Shown: positions 25,390-38,287 of the stretch, in pieces
Position numbering within the stretch: the stretch's first letter is position 1
How the letters are laid out: every line of letters starts with the position of its first letter
Assembly: GCA_038087875.1 (NCBI GenBank)
Contig: CM075988.1
Span: 6,698,001 to 6,762,000 of the forward strand
Source of the DNA: Malacoraja senta
Taxonomy: Eukaryota
Length of the DNA stretch: 64,000 nt
Direction of reading: 5' to 3'
Translations under genes and position numbers: made by a program
The notes under the pieces: model-generated
What the model was told of the DNA's origin: nothing
The model's input: the letters and a program-made list of their open reading frames with translations, nothing else
Databases searched by the model: none

Positions 25390-28300
25390 TGAAACGATAA
25401 GGAGTTGGTTCAAAGTTGGTGCAGGGGGCAGGGATTTCGTTTTCTCGACCATTGGGATCTCTTTTGGAGCAGGGGTGACCTGTACAAAAGGGACGGGTTG
25501 CACCTTAACTGGAGGGCGACCAACGTTCTGGCAGGCAGGTTTGCTGGTGCTACACAGGTGGGTTTAAATGAAATAGTGGGGGGCTGGAGTCCACGTGGAA
25601 GCGTATACATGGCGTTAACGGGAAAGAGAGTGCAGGAAAGGTCACGGACGTCTCCAGAAATAACAGGACAGAAAGTTTAAAAAGGGAGAAGGTCGGGTAA
25701 AATCGGGATGGTAGTGAGAGGAGGGGTGGTCAACACTGAATTGAAGGTATTATATTGGAATGCACGTATAGTAACATAAGGAACAAAGTGGATGTTGGCA
25801 ACTTTAGCAAAGTTGGAAAATTGGCAGGTATGATGTAGGCATTACGTAGACGTGGCTGCAAGAGGATCGGAGCTGGGAGCTGAATATTCAGGGTTATACG
25901 TCATATTGGAAAGACGGAAAGGTGGGCAGAGGGGGTGGGGTAGCTCTGTTGGTTAGGAATTAAATTCCGTCCTCAGTAAGGGGTGACAGGATCACAACCT
26001 GTAGAGTCATTGTGGATAGAGCTGAGATATTACGTATGAAGGTAAAAATACTCTAATGGGAGTTATTTACAGGCCCCCAAGCAGTAGCCAGGTTATAGGG
26101 TACAAGTCACATCAGGAGATAACATTGACATGTCAAAAAGGCACTGCTACGGTGGTTGTGGGAGATTTCAATATTCAGGTAAACTGTAGAGGGCCTCCGA
26201 GATGGATTCTTAGAGCAGCTTGTACTGGAGCCTACCAGGGAAAAGGCAATTTTGGATTTAGTGTTAAGTAATGAACCGGATTTGATAAGGGAACTCAAGG
26301 TAATGGAGGTAGCGACCATAACATGATAAGTTTGAATCAGCAATTTGAGTGGGAGAAGGTGAAATCGGATGTGTCGGTATTGCAGCTGAACAAAGGGGAC
26401 TACAGAGGCATGATGGAGGAGATGGCCAAAGTTGACTGGAAAGGGACCCTAGCAGGGGTGACGGTGGAACAGCAATGGCAGGACTTTCTGTGAGTGATCC
26501 AGAAGATGCAGGATCATTTCAACCCAAAGAGGAAGAAAGATTCTAGGGGGAGAAAGAGGCGACCATGGCTGACAAGGGAAGTCAAGCATAAAACTAAAAG
26601 ACAATGTGTATAGATTGCATAGATTGACGGGAAGCCAGAGGATTGAGAAGCTTTTAACAAACAGAATGTACCTAAAAAGGCAATACGGGGAGAAAAGATG
26701 AAATACGAAGGTAAGCTAGCCAATAATATAAAAGAGGATAGCAAGAGTTTCTTCAGTTATATAAAAAGTAAGAAAGAGGCAAGAGTGGACGTTGGACCGC
26801 TGGAGAATGATGCAGGAGAAGTGATAATGGGGAATAAACAAATGGCAGAGAGTTGAATAACTTTTTTGCATCAATCTTCACAGTGGAAGACACCAGCAAC
26901 GTGCCTGAAGTTCAAGAGAGTCAGGGATGGATGTTAGTGGAGTGGCTATTACTAAGGAGGAGGTGCATGGGAAGCTGAATGGGCTGAAGGTGGATAAGTC
27001 ACCTGCACCAGAAGGACTGCACTCTAGGGTTCTGAAAGAGGTGGCTTTAGAGATTGTGGAGGCATTGACAGTGATATTTCAGGAATCACTAGTGACAGGA
27101 GTGGTCCCAGATGATTGGAAAATTGCCAATATTCCCCCTCTGCACAAGAAGGGAGCAAAGCAGAATAGTGGGAACTATAGGCTGTTTAGTCTGACTTCAG
27201 TTGCTGGCAAGAGCCCATTATAAAGGATGAAGTTATGGAGTACTTAAGCCCGTCACACTTTCACGACCTAATTGGCGGCTTTGCCGAGTTTGCCCTTGAC
27301 TCATACTCGCAGCATGGTCGCCACGAGATCATAGGAGGTCGTAGGAGGTCTTCCTCATGCTCGTGAGTGGTCTCCGCGTACTCGTGGCCTCAAGTAAGTC
27401 GCGGCGTTTTTTCCAGCCTGATAAAAAATATCCACGAGTAAAAAAAAGGTCGTCATGTAATAAATTGACACTTTTTACTCGTGGGTAGGTCGTAGTAGTC
27501 GTGGGTAGTTGTACATAGTCGTAGGTAGTCGTAGGTGGTCGTAGGTCGGTAACTGGCCCGAGAAAAAAAATGCAAACGTGATATCATTTTATCATGTGAT
27601 AATTTTCCACTCGTAGCTAGTCGAAGTTGGTCTTAGGTGTGGAAGACTGAGGTCGAGGGGGGTCGTAGGAGGTCGTAGACAAAGCCGTGGGAGGTCGTAG
27701 ACATAGTCGTAGGAGGTCGTAGACATAGTCGCAGAAGGTCGTAGACATAGTCGTATGAGGTCATAGGAGGCCTTTTACTTCGGCAAGTGAACACGACCTT
27801 AACATTTTTTTCAACTCGTCTAGGGTCTTCTAAACTCGTGTATTAGGTCGTCCAAGTGGGACAGGCCCTTTAGAAGTTCATGACAAAATAGGCCATAGTC
27901 AGCATGGCTTTGTGAAGAGGAGGTCTTGCTTGACAAATTCGCTGGATTTCTTGGAAGAAGTAAATAGCAGAACAGACAAAGGAGAATCAGTAGATGTTGT
28001 TTACTTTCAGAAAGCCTTTGATAAGATGCCAAACATGACGCTGCTAATGAGAGCCCACGGTATTAAAGGCAGATACTAGCATGGATAGCAGGTTGGTTGG
28101 ATGACAGAAGACAAAGAGTGGCAATAAAGGAGGCATTTTCTGGTTGGCTGCCAGTGACTAGCGGAGTTCTGCAGGGCTCGGTGCTGGGGCCGCTGCTCTT
28201 CACGTTGTATATTAATGATTTGGACGAGGGGATTGAAGGCTTTGAGGGCAAGTTTGCGGATGATACGAAAATAGGTGGAAGGGCAGGTAGTGTAGGGAAA

Positions 28301-28575
28301 GCAGGGACTCTGGATAGGTTGGGAGAGTGGGCAAAGAAGTGCCAGATGGCATATGGTGTAGCAAAGTGTGGAATCATGCATTTTGGTAGTAGGAATAAAG
28401 GCGTAGACTAGTTTCTAAATGGGGAGAGAATCCAAAAATCGGAGGTGCAAAGGGACTTGGGAGTGCTGGTGCAGGCTTCCCAAAAAGTTAATCTGCTAGT
28501 TGAATCGGTAGTAAAGAAAGCAAACTCAATGCTGGCATTAATTTCAAGAGGGCTTGTATACAGAACAGGGATGTA
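25390..28575 (+). mobile_element. CR1 LINE: ORF1 esterase C-terminus, endonuclease, RT (decayed)
   Basis: WCRGQGFRFLDHWD..YKRDGLHLN, GVIYRPPSS, DWKIANI.PL.KKG, GV.QGSVLGPLLF, KFADDTK. Confidence 0.9.
27247..27869. mobile_element. PIF/Harbinger-type MITE with GTCGTAG-rich interior
   Basis: Right TIR intact, left TIR degenerate, TTA TSD. The host CR1 is continuous across it. Confidence 0.85.
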
Positions 28576-28579
28576 ATGA

Positions 28580-29805
28580 GGATGTAACAAGTAGAATGGA
28601 TAAGGGAGAGCCAGTGGATGTGGTGTATCTGGACTTTTAAAATGCCATTGATGAGGTCCCACAAGAGATTAGTGTGCAAAATTAGAGCACATGTTATTGG
28701 GGGCAGGGTATTGACATGGATAGAGAACTGGTTGGCAGACAGGAAGCAAAGAGTAGGAATTAATGGGTCCTTTTCAGAATGGCAGGCAGTGACTAGTGGA
28801 GTGTCGCAAGGCTCAGTGCTGGGACCCCAGTTATTTACAATATATATTAATGATTTAGACGAGGGAATTAAATGTGACATCTCCAAGTTTGCGGATGACA
28901 CAAAGCTGGGTGGCAGTGTGAGCTGAGATGAGGATGCTATGAGGCTGCAGGCTGACTTGGAGTGAGTGGGCAGATGCAGTATAATGTGGATAAATGTGAA
29001 GTTATCCACTTTGGTGGCAAGAACAGGAAGGCAGATTATTATCTGAATGGTGACAGATTAGGAAAAGGGGAGGCACAACGAGACCTGGGTGTGGTTGTAC
29101 ATCAGTCACTGAAAGTAAGCATGCAGGTACAGCAGGCAGTGAAGAAAGCTAATGGCATGTTGGTCTTCATTGCGAGAGGATTTAAGTTTAGGAGCAAGTA
29201 GGTCCTACTGCCATTGTACAGGGCCCTGGTGAGACCGAACTTGGAGTATTGTGTGCAATTTTGGTCTCCTAATTTGAGGAAGGACATTATTGCTATTGAG
29301 GGAGTGCAGTGTAGGTTCACCAGGTTAATTCCCGGGTTGGCGGGACTGACATACGATGAAAGCATGGGTCGACTGGGCTTGTATTCACTGGAATTTAGAA
29401 GGATGAGAGGGAACCTTATAGAAACATATAAAATTCTTAAATGATTGGACAGGTTAGATGCAGGAAAAATGTTCCCGATGTTGGGGGAGTCCAGAACCAG
29501 GGGATACAGTTTAAGAATAAGGGGTAGGCCATTTAGGACTGAGATGAGCAAAAATGTTTTCACCTTGATAGTTGTGAATCTAATGAATTCTCTACCTCAG
29601 AAGACAGTGGAGGCCAATTCACTGAATGTTTTCAAGAGGGAGTTAGATTTAGCTCTTAGGGCTAAGCGAATCAAGGGATGTGGGGAAAATGCAGGGACGG
29701 GGTACTGATTTTAGATGATCAGCCAGGTTCATATTGAATGGCAGTGCTGTTTTGAAGGGCTGAATGGCTTACTGCTGCACCTATTTTTCTATGTGTCTAT
29801 GTTTT
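28580..29805 (+). mobile_element. Second CR1 LINE, RT to 3' tail
   Basis: [41 protein letters not shown], (TTCTATG)-type tail. Confidence 0.9.
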
Positions 29806-30132
29806 CATTTATTACAATAGATATTTCAACAAAATCAGTTTCTGTGCATGGAAGAGATATGAATCTGACAGCATTTTAAATCCAGCAACTTTGGTCTTAT
29901 TTTTAATGGCTCATTCAATATTTGCACTAAATGCTTTGACACCCTGTCTTGGAAATTCCCCAGAGGTACGACCAGTAACCTGGATGACTGTAAAACCCAT
30001 TTTGCTTACAAAATATCATCAGGGCCAAAAAGATTGCTAGCTGATTCAGGAACAGTTTCTTCCCAGTACAGCTGTTATCAGACAAGTGAATCATCCTACC
30101 ACAACCTGAGAGCAGTGCTGAACTATCATCTA

Positions 30133-31700
30133 CAGGGCTGCCAACTCTCACGCATTGAGCGAGAGTCAAAATTTCATGAAATTCTCATGCTCTCACGCTG
30201 ATGACAGAATTTCTCACGGTTAAACTTTTTTTTTTTAATATACATAAATAAATAAAGTCACACTTCTCCACACTCACCAATGAGAATAGTTTTCTGTCGG
30301 CGGGTTTCCCGGAAAGAACGAGCAACTTGATTGGCTTAAGCCCATCGCACACTATTTAAAATGGCAATGTAGACAAAAATGTTGGAGAAACTCAGCGGGT
30401 GAAGCAGCATCTATGTGTGAGTTGGACCCTTCTTCAGACTCAAACATTTCTCCAGCATTTTTGTCTACCGCTCCATAGATGCTGCCTCACCCGCATTCAC
30501 ATTCCCATGCAGATGGTGTGATAGGTGAGACGGCGGTGGTCCCAGCACCGCCTCCCCCCCCCCCCCCCGAGGCACCACTCACACCTTCCACCCTCACCTC
30601 CGGCGCCTCTGTGTCCGGTGGCCGTTCTGTCCACACCGCATGGAGTTTTAACCCATGGGGTGTGGACTGGGATGAGTGGGGGCATCAATAATCTCGGGCT
30701 ATAGCTCCGCTCCGATGCCCGACCCCCGGTCACTGTCCCTCACCTCCCCCGGACCCCCGGGTCACTCCCTCACCTCCCCCCAAGGTCGGAAATCCCGGGA
30801 GGGTCAGGGGGAACACGTTCCCCTCTGTTTTGAGAGGTGGGGGTCGATCCCCCCCCCCATTTTTTGTAATCCGGATTTTAAAACCCGGTGAAATCTCCGC
30901 TTTCCGCGAGGCAGTGGGGGTGGGACTGATGATCGAGGGAGCCGATTGGACGAGAGAGAAGTCGGTCAGCAGGCAATGGGGGTGGGACATGATGATTCAG
31001 CGTGATCATTGGAGGAGGTGTCAGTCAGAGGCGGAAGTAGGGGGCGGGTGGGACTGAGGATAGAGCGCGGTGATTGGAGGAGGGAGACGTGCCAAAACAC
31101 TCTCGGCACAGACCTGTGCCTCATCCGCAGCCAGGATCGATCCCGGCTCTCCGGCGCTGTCCCGTCCCCACCCGAGTGCCCCACCCCCCCCCACGGCCCG
31201 GGGGTGGCCAGAGATGTCGGGAGTCAGACGGGAGCTGTACCCCCAGGCCCACAGCCAGCGCAGAGAGGCAGCGCAAAACCCAGCTCAACTCTGCCTGTCC
31301 CGCCAGGTTAACCTACAGCCCTGCCTGGACTTGCGGGAAATATGACCCAGGTTTACAGCCAGCGCGGAGAAGCAGCGCTGGTGTCCCGTCAGTCCAGGCA
31401 GGGCTGTAGGTTAACCCGGCGAAACCGGCAGAGTTGAGCTGCATTTAGCGCTGGATTGAGCGTCCGAAGCCTCGCATGTGCGTGTGTAAGTGTGCGCATG
31501 CGCGCGAGGCCGGCAAAAAAATGGTGCCCCCCCTGTCCCCAGGTCCCCTCCATATTTTGATAGCGATTTCCCCGGACCCCAGCTGGATACAGAGCACCTG
31601 GGCGGGCCCGCATTCCCTGGGGGGAGAGAGGGAAATGCTCCCCCAACATTGCCAAGTCGGGGGAGCATCACTCCGGGTGTTGTCGCCGCTTCACTAACAC
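30133..31700. mobile_element. Composite GC-rich, probably DNA-transposon-derived region (only a left TIR-like end seen)
   Basis: Starts abruptly at CAGGGCTGCCAACT inside a Rex1 3' end. No matching right end found. Contains a Penelope mini-element (~30365-30495), a CCAAT repeat and a hairpin. Confidence 0.4.
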
Positions 31701-31739
31701 ACACTCACGCACAACCTAACACACTCTCACACAAAACAC

Positions 31740-33283
31740 TAGCGATGTTACAATACTTACCTTCAGCGGCGCTGCAGTACTGCCACTGGCCGTGTGCGTG
31801 ACTTTGGTGCCTTTGAGGGAGGGGATTAAAATCCAGTTTTCTACCGCCTGTTCGAGGCTGATTTCCTCGGGCTGCCAGCTGCTGCAGAAAAATTGTTCCG
31901 ACTTCCATTCCCGATTTTTTTTAAATTTTAATCGCGAGACAATTTAATGAGTATATTTAAATAAAAAGCGACTTCTAACGCCATCAACGCCTACAACGTG
32001 ACAGATCTCGCGTACGGGACAAAATAAAATGTAAATCGTTTATTTTACATATAAACTTGCTTCTTGGGATGACTTTAATCAATCCTCTACCGGCGAAAAT
32101 GTGATTTGGGCCCCATACGAACCGGCAGTGTTTTTCCTGCTGATATGGGGTTCAAATTCACCGCAAATACAACGTTCCAATTGATCGCGTTCCAGAAGCA
32201 AGTTGATTAAAATGCCCATTTTTTTTTGGAGATAAGCCGTCTAAATTGTCTATATTTTGCGTTATTCTCTCTCTCCATGATCATTATTTTAAAACTAAAT
32301 ATTCACAACAGTTTGAGTCACATGTATTGTGCAAAAAACAATAATTTGATTATATTTTGGGTGGACGTTTCTAGATTAATTTATGGGAATTAAACATTAA
32401 ATTCCTTCCATCTAGGATATAAATTCATGACAGTGAGATTTAAAAATCATGTTATATTGTGAATTCTTGTGTGAATGGGATTAGTTTGTTATTTGGATAC
32501 TTAGGCTATTTAAAAAAATTAAAAATTATCCTTTTCTTAAGAAATGGAATCTACAGGACATTGTTAATGCGAAAGTAGTGGGCAGAAAGGCATGTCATGT
32601 GTGGTTTGAAGAGCAAAAACTTGTAGTTTACAATGCCAAAATTGAAAAGTTGAGGAAAAACAAGGTGTACAGAGTTGCTTATTGGTTACAATCTGAGGAG
32701 TATGATGATGCTACTGATTATGATATGCCAATGTACCAGCTCGCAACTGATCTTCTCCAAAAAGACTTGGTCTATTGCTAGAAATTGTAATTTATTTACC
32801 TATCTGTTACGGATTTACAGCATATAATACAATAATATTAAAGTTCTGATCTTGAGAATATCACATTTTTGAATTTTCAAGGCAGTCTGGGTGTTTATTA
32901 CTATTTCCGTCACAACGGCCAATTTTGTAATGAACGACAATTAGGTAATTAACTAATTATATGCTTTAATTTCAGGTCATCCAAGTAAGATGTTTTATAT
33001 TTGTTTCAGAATGCTTCAATCTATAATAACTGAAAATTTCATTCAGTTCTCTTGATTTTTAAGAAAGTTATGGGCTTTTGACTGTCCTTGATCACAGCTT
33101 TTGTGTTAAGTCAATGGAGAAGCAATAGGTGCTAATTTCCGAGTATGAAAATGGCCACAACATTTTTAATACTGAAGATATGAAAGTGAATTAGGTGTCA
33201 AATTAAACTTCTTTTTATGCTTTATCTGATGGGATAAATTGCAGACTTGATTTTTAAAATCTCAAAATTTTGTAACATTGCTA
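31740..33283. mobile_element. Non-autonomous TIR DNA transposon (superfamily unresolved)
   Basis: TAGCGATGTTACAA ... TTGTAACATTGCTA (14-bp TIR, one mismatch). Inserted in a CA-rich tract with CTAACACACTCTCACACA on both sides. Confidence 0.8.
32545..32781 (+). pseudogene. C-terminal ORF remnant inside the TIR element, Spin/Ssty (Spindlin) Tudor-like
   Basis: VVGRKACHVWFE..YNAKI..YRVAYW..MYQLATDLLQKDLV, followed by a stop. The pattern matches Spin/Ssty repeats as I recall them. Confidence 0.55.
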
Positions 33284-33893
33284 CTAACACACTCTCACAC
33301 ACACACTGGCACACACAGGGTTTAAAGGGATATGGGCCAAATGCGGATAAATAGTTTAGATGGGCATGTTGATTTGCATGGACAAGTTGGGATGAAGGGC
33401 CTGTTTCCATGCTGTAAGACTATGACACACTGTAGAAAGGGTGCAATTGCTCTGGAGAGCATCCAGGGGCGATTTATGAACATGTTGGCATGGCTGGAAA
33501 TTTGTTTTCACTTTGAAGGAAGATTTGATAACTGATTTTGTATTCTCTGCAGCAATGGAGGTGAAGAAGAAAAGACTTAGTTGAGGTGAATAATATTATG
33601 AGAATAGGACCTGTTTCGCTTAACAAAGAGTAGGAAGGAACTGCAGATGGTGGTTTAAACTGAAGATAGACTGAAAAAGCTGGAGTGACTCAGCGGGGCA
33701 GACAGCATCTCTGGAGAGAAAGAATGGGTGATGTTTCGGGTCGAGACCTTCAGACTGAAGAGGTTGAAAACCAGTCATAAAACACAATGACTGGAGATAT
33801 GTGTTATCCAACTAAGGGCAGAAATCAGAATCATGTGTTCATCTTTATTGATGTGACACCATAATAAATATATTACAGAAAAAATAATTTAAT

Positions 33894-34143
33894 GGGGTGG
33901 CACGTTGGCGCAGCGGTAGAGTTGATCCTGACTACGGGTGCTGTCTGTACAGTATTTGTGTATTCTTCCTATGACCACATGGGCTTTCTCTGGATATTCC
34001 GGTTTCTCCCACATCCGAATGAAGTGCAGGTTTGTAGGTTAATTGGCTTCTGTAAATTGTCCCTGGCGTGTAGGATAGAACTGGTGTATGGTAGATTGCT
34101 GGTCGGTGTGGACATGGTGGGCCGAAGGGCCTGTTTCCATATA
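33894..34143 (+). mobile_element. V-SINE
   Basis: TGGCGCAGCGGTAGAG head (internally deleted), V-domain, tail. Confidence 0.75.
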
Positions 34144-34706
34144 TATGTTTAACATATATATCTTAATTTCATTGAACCATATAGGATTGAATATGTGGCA
34201 TTATTTTTGTCTTGTTTCTATAGTCAAAGGGTAAGGTTGATTAATTTATTTGTGCAGAACAGTGATGGAAGTCTGACTCCTCTTGCCTTGTTTCTATGTT
34301 TTTTTTCTCTATATATATATGCATAACAGCATGAATTATAATCTGATTTCCATACATGAATATTCTAAGGTCATTCATGTGCTGCACGTGTTGATCAGAT
34401 GTGTAAGTTAAAAGACTTGCTACATTATGCACCAGACTGCATAATTTCAAGGTGAAAAATGCAAAAGCTCCCTACCGTGGAAGGGGGGACATCCCCTCTC
34501 AACCACGTTCTTCTTGTGCAGTCCCTCGGGACTGATGCGAGCTTGCTTCCTCTTGTTTCGGTTCCAAAGCCCCATGCTTTTGACCTACATCACTTCCATC
34601 TCTGGCACGGCCATGAGTGTAAAATTCTTTCTCAGTCCCCTCTAACAATGCTCCTTAAAACCTGCTGCCTTTCTGTGAGGCTCTTTACCCAACTCTTAGA
34701 GAAATA

Positions 34707-34930
34707 AGGAACTTCAGATGCTGGTTTACAAAAAAGGACACAAAATGTTCGAGTAACTCAGTGGGTCAGGCAGCATCTCTGTAGAACATGGATAGGTGAT
34801 GTTTCAGGTTGGGCCCTTCTTCAGACAGGTGGATCGATTTGTAGAAAGGTCCTGACCTGAAATGTCATATATCCACGATCTCCAGAGATGCTGCCTGACC
34901 AGCTGCATTACTCCAGCACTTTGTGTCTTT
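34707..34930. mobile_element. Palindromic Penelope-end mini-element
   Basis: Two copies of the Penelope terminal sequence in inverted orientation, each with a degenerate hammerhead motif. Confidence 0.75.
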
Positions 34931-35014
34931 TTTTTTCTTGTCTATTTATGCTCCTGTGAAGTGTGTTGAATTATTTCACCATGTAAAATACCATGTCAAA
35001 ATTTAAGCTGTTAT

Positions 35015-35742
35015 TTAGTTTTTGTTTTAGAGATACAGCATGAAATCAGTCCCTTCGGCCCACCGAGTCCCTGCTCGTTCTATGCTATTCCACCTTCTCA
35101 TCCACTCCCCAGACATTGTGGGCAATTTGCAGAGGCCAATTTACCTACAAACCTGCACATCTTTGGACGTGGGAGGAAACCAGAGTACCCGGAGGAAAGC
35201 CACGTGATCCGAGGGAGAACGTGCAAACTCCAAACGGACAGCACTTGAGGTCAGGATCGAACCTGGGTGTCAGATGGTGTGAGGCAGCAACTCTACCAGC
35301 TGCTCCACCATTGAAGCCATTTTCTGCCACATGTCCAGTGAAGTCAAAGTCATTCAGTGAGAGTCACTCCAATGGCCAGATTTGATCGTTTAGTTTAGTT
35401 TAGTTTAGTTTAGTTTAAGATACATCGCGGAAACAGGCCCTTTGGCCCACCGAGTCCGCGCCATCCACCGACATTATCGACATGATCCCTGCACTTTAAC
35501 ACTATCCTATACACACTAAGGACTATTTACACATATACCGAGTCAAACCCAAGCAAATTTACCTACAAAGTACGTCTTTGGAGTGTGGGAGGAAACCGAA
35601 GATCTCGGAGAAAACCCTTGCAGTCACGGGGAGAACCTACAAACTCCATTCAGACAGCACCCGTAGTTAGGATCGAACCTGGGTCTCTGGTGCTGCAAGG
35701 GCTCTAAGGCAGCAACTCTCCCGCTGCGCCACCGTGCCGCCC
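35015..35742 (-). mobile_element. Two adjacent V-SINEs (35015-35310, 35388-35742)
   Basis: Each has a reverse-complement tRNA head, V-domain and (CTAAA)n tail. Confidence 0.85.
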
Positions 35743-36162
35743 GACTTGTGATAACCTATCACAATGTGATAATATGATAAATGTGATATGATAAATATGA
35801 TAAATGTGATAGCTGATCACATTTAACTGGGTTGCTAGGAATATCTCCTGAAATATATTATAATTGAGGAACTAGCCATGGTCTGCATCAATGATTTGGC
35901 TGAGGGGGCAAATGATACATTTACATGGGTTGCTGATGATACAATACCGAGAAGGATCATGAAAAGGGAGGAGGATGCAAAGAGGCTTCCTGGACATGGT
36001 CTTAATCCCATAGAGCAGATATGAAGGTAAGCCAGTTACATTCCAAACCCTCACTCCATCTTTTCCGCTACCACTCCACCACTTGTTTTCTAACTGTGTT
36101 TTGTACGGTAATGTCTTGCTTTTTGCACAAACTTTTCTATCTTGTCGTCCAATCCTTAGGTA

Positions 36163-36822
36163 GACACACACAAACGGACACGAATGCAGACGCACACGTG
36201 GACACACGTGCGGACACACATGCGGACATGCATGCAGACGCACGTGTGGAGACACACGCGAACACACACATACGTGGACACACACACACACACATGGACA
36301 CATGTACACGCGGACAAACACACACACACACGCGGACACACACGCAGACGCACACATACACGGACACACACGAGGACACACGCGCAGACACAGGCACACA
36401 CATGCGGACACACACACGCAGACACACACGCGAACACACACACACACGCAGACGCACACACACAGATACACATGCATGGACACACACACAGGCACACATA
36501 CGCGGACACACACAAGCGCAGACACACGGACACACACAAGCGCAGACACACGGACACACAAGCGCAGACACACACACGCAGACACACACACGGACACACA
36601 TATGGACACACACACGCAGACACACACATGCGCAGACACACAGACATAAACATGTGGACACACGAATACACACACGTGGACACACACGCAGACACACACG
36701 TGAACACACACGTGGACATACAAGTGGACACACACACGCAGACACACGCGCGGACACACACACGCAGGTGCAGACACACACATGACACACGCACGGACAC
36801 ACATGCACACATACACACGCGT
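36163..36822. repeat. Complex CA-rich microsatellite (CACACGCAGA / CACACGTGGA variants)
   Basis: Directly visible low-complexity tract. Confidence 0.95.
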
Positions 36823-36994
36823 GGCCTCAATCCATCCATGCACGCGACCCCCACTCCCCCCCCCCCTCAAGTGTGTTTGTGCAGCACTACAGGACACTGT
36901 TCCCAAACCAGGGTGTGATGCATCCTGATCAAGTTATTTCTGTGGCATATCTGTAGAAGTTGGTGAGGGTTGTTGGGGACATGCCGTCTAAAGA

Positions 36995-37998
36995 AGCAGC
37001 ATGATCAGTTAAAGGTCCACGATCGGCTCGGGAAGTGGGACACGATAACCTCGGTGCACTAAGGCGGAGGAGCGGCTGCTGGAGGTGACGGCCGGTGCGT
37101 TTGTGGTGCTGGGTGGGTGGTGGTGTCGGTAGAGGTGGCCGCGGTAGTCCCCACAGCCGGCGGGCGGGAGAATGCAGCCTGCGGCAGCTGCACAGTTGGC
37201 GGCGGATGGAGCCGACGGCATCACGCCGGCCAGGCCCGCCCTAACTTCACCGATCCAATGCCGCTAGCACACCGGGCCTTACCTTGGGACATAATGTATA
37301 AGAAGTTGCACATCTTGTCTTGTTAAATGTATGTTTTGAGTTTATTATTTTTCAGCTGTGTATATGTGGGGGGTGGATGTGGGGGAAACCGTTAGTCTCT
37401 TCCCTGTACGGGGACCTGACTTTTTCCCTGTCGGGTCTCCGATGTCGTTGGGGCCTAACATCGTGGAGCCGGCGGCGGCCTCCGGCCGGGACGGGACCAA
37501 CCTGAGGGCTCCAGTCGTGGAGCTGGCCGTCTTCGGAGCGGGGAGAGCTGTGGTGGCGCTCGGCTGCGACCCGACTTCGGAGTTTCGGAAACTCCGGCTG
37601 CGGGCCCGGTGGACAGGAACATCGGGAGCTCCAGGTCCCTGGTGGGAGACGGCTTTTCGGAGCTCCCGCAACGGCAACTTCTCCCGCTTGAACCGCGGGG
37701 TCTAAAAGAACACGGAGCCTGGGTGTGGCTAATGGCCACAGGACTTACCATCATCCGCCGGGGGCTTTAACATCGGAGCCCCAGTTCGCCTAGACGCTGC
37801 AGTTGGACTGCTGGACAAAGGGAAGAGATAAGAATTTGCCTTCCATCGCAGTGAGGAGGTGTTGGAGACTCACTGTGATTGATGTTTGTGTAAACTGTGT
37901 TGAGTGTGGGTCTTGTTTTTTTTTGTAATGTAAAGTAAACTGTGGTAAATTATATTTCGTTCAAATCTAGGTTTGAATGACAATAAATAAATAAATAA
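36995..37998 (+). mobile_element. GC-rich non-coding retroposon with Rex1-like tail
   Basis: CCTAACATCGTGGAGC core, CCTTCCATCGCAGTGAGGA, stem-loop + TGACAATAAA(TAAA)n. Confidence 0.7.
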
Positions 37999-38287
37999 GC
38001 ATCAAACATCTCTTTCGGCCAAGATCAGAGCTTTCAGAGAGTTTGCAAGATGGTGTTGGAAGGTGGCGACTCTGCATGCTGTTCCAGAAGAGGATCTATT
38101 GAATTCACGTATAGTACGATTTCGATTTGACTGGACGGCATGCAGATCAAGCATTTCACTATATCTTTGTACACATAACAATAAACAGCCATTGAACCAT
38201 TGTATTAACCACTGGTTTATGCCTATCTTGCTAAGTGAAACACGTTCTTCATATTTACTCTGTCTAACCCCCAGTTCATTTTATATC

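Noticed and set aside
27500..27770. GTCGTAG-rich repeats resembling a repeat-spacer array
   Set aside because: Internal MITE tandem repeats without unique spacers; eukaryotic context and no cas genes.
35872..36918. 200-340-aa Cys/Val or His/Thr ORFs
   Set aside because: Artefacts of the CA/TG microsatellite.
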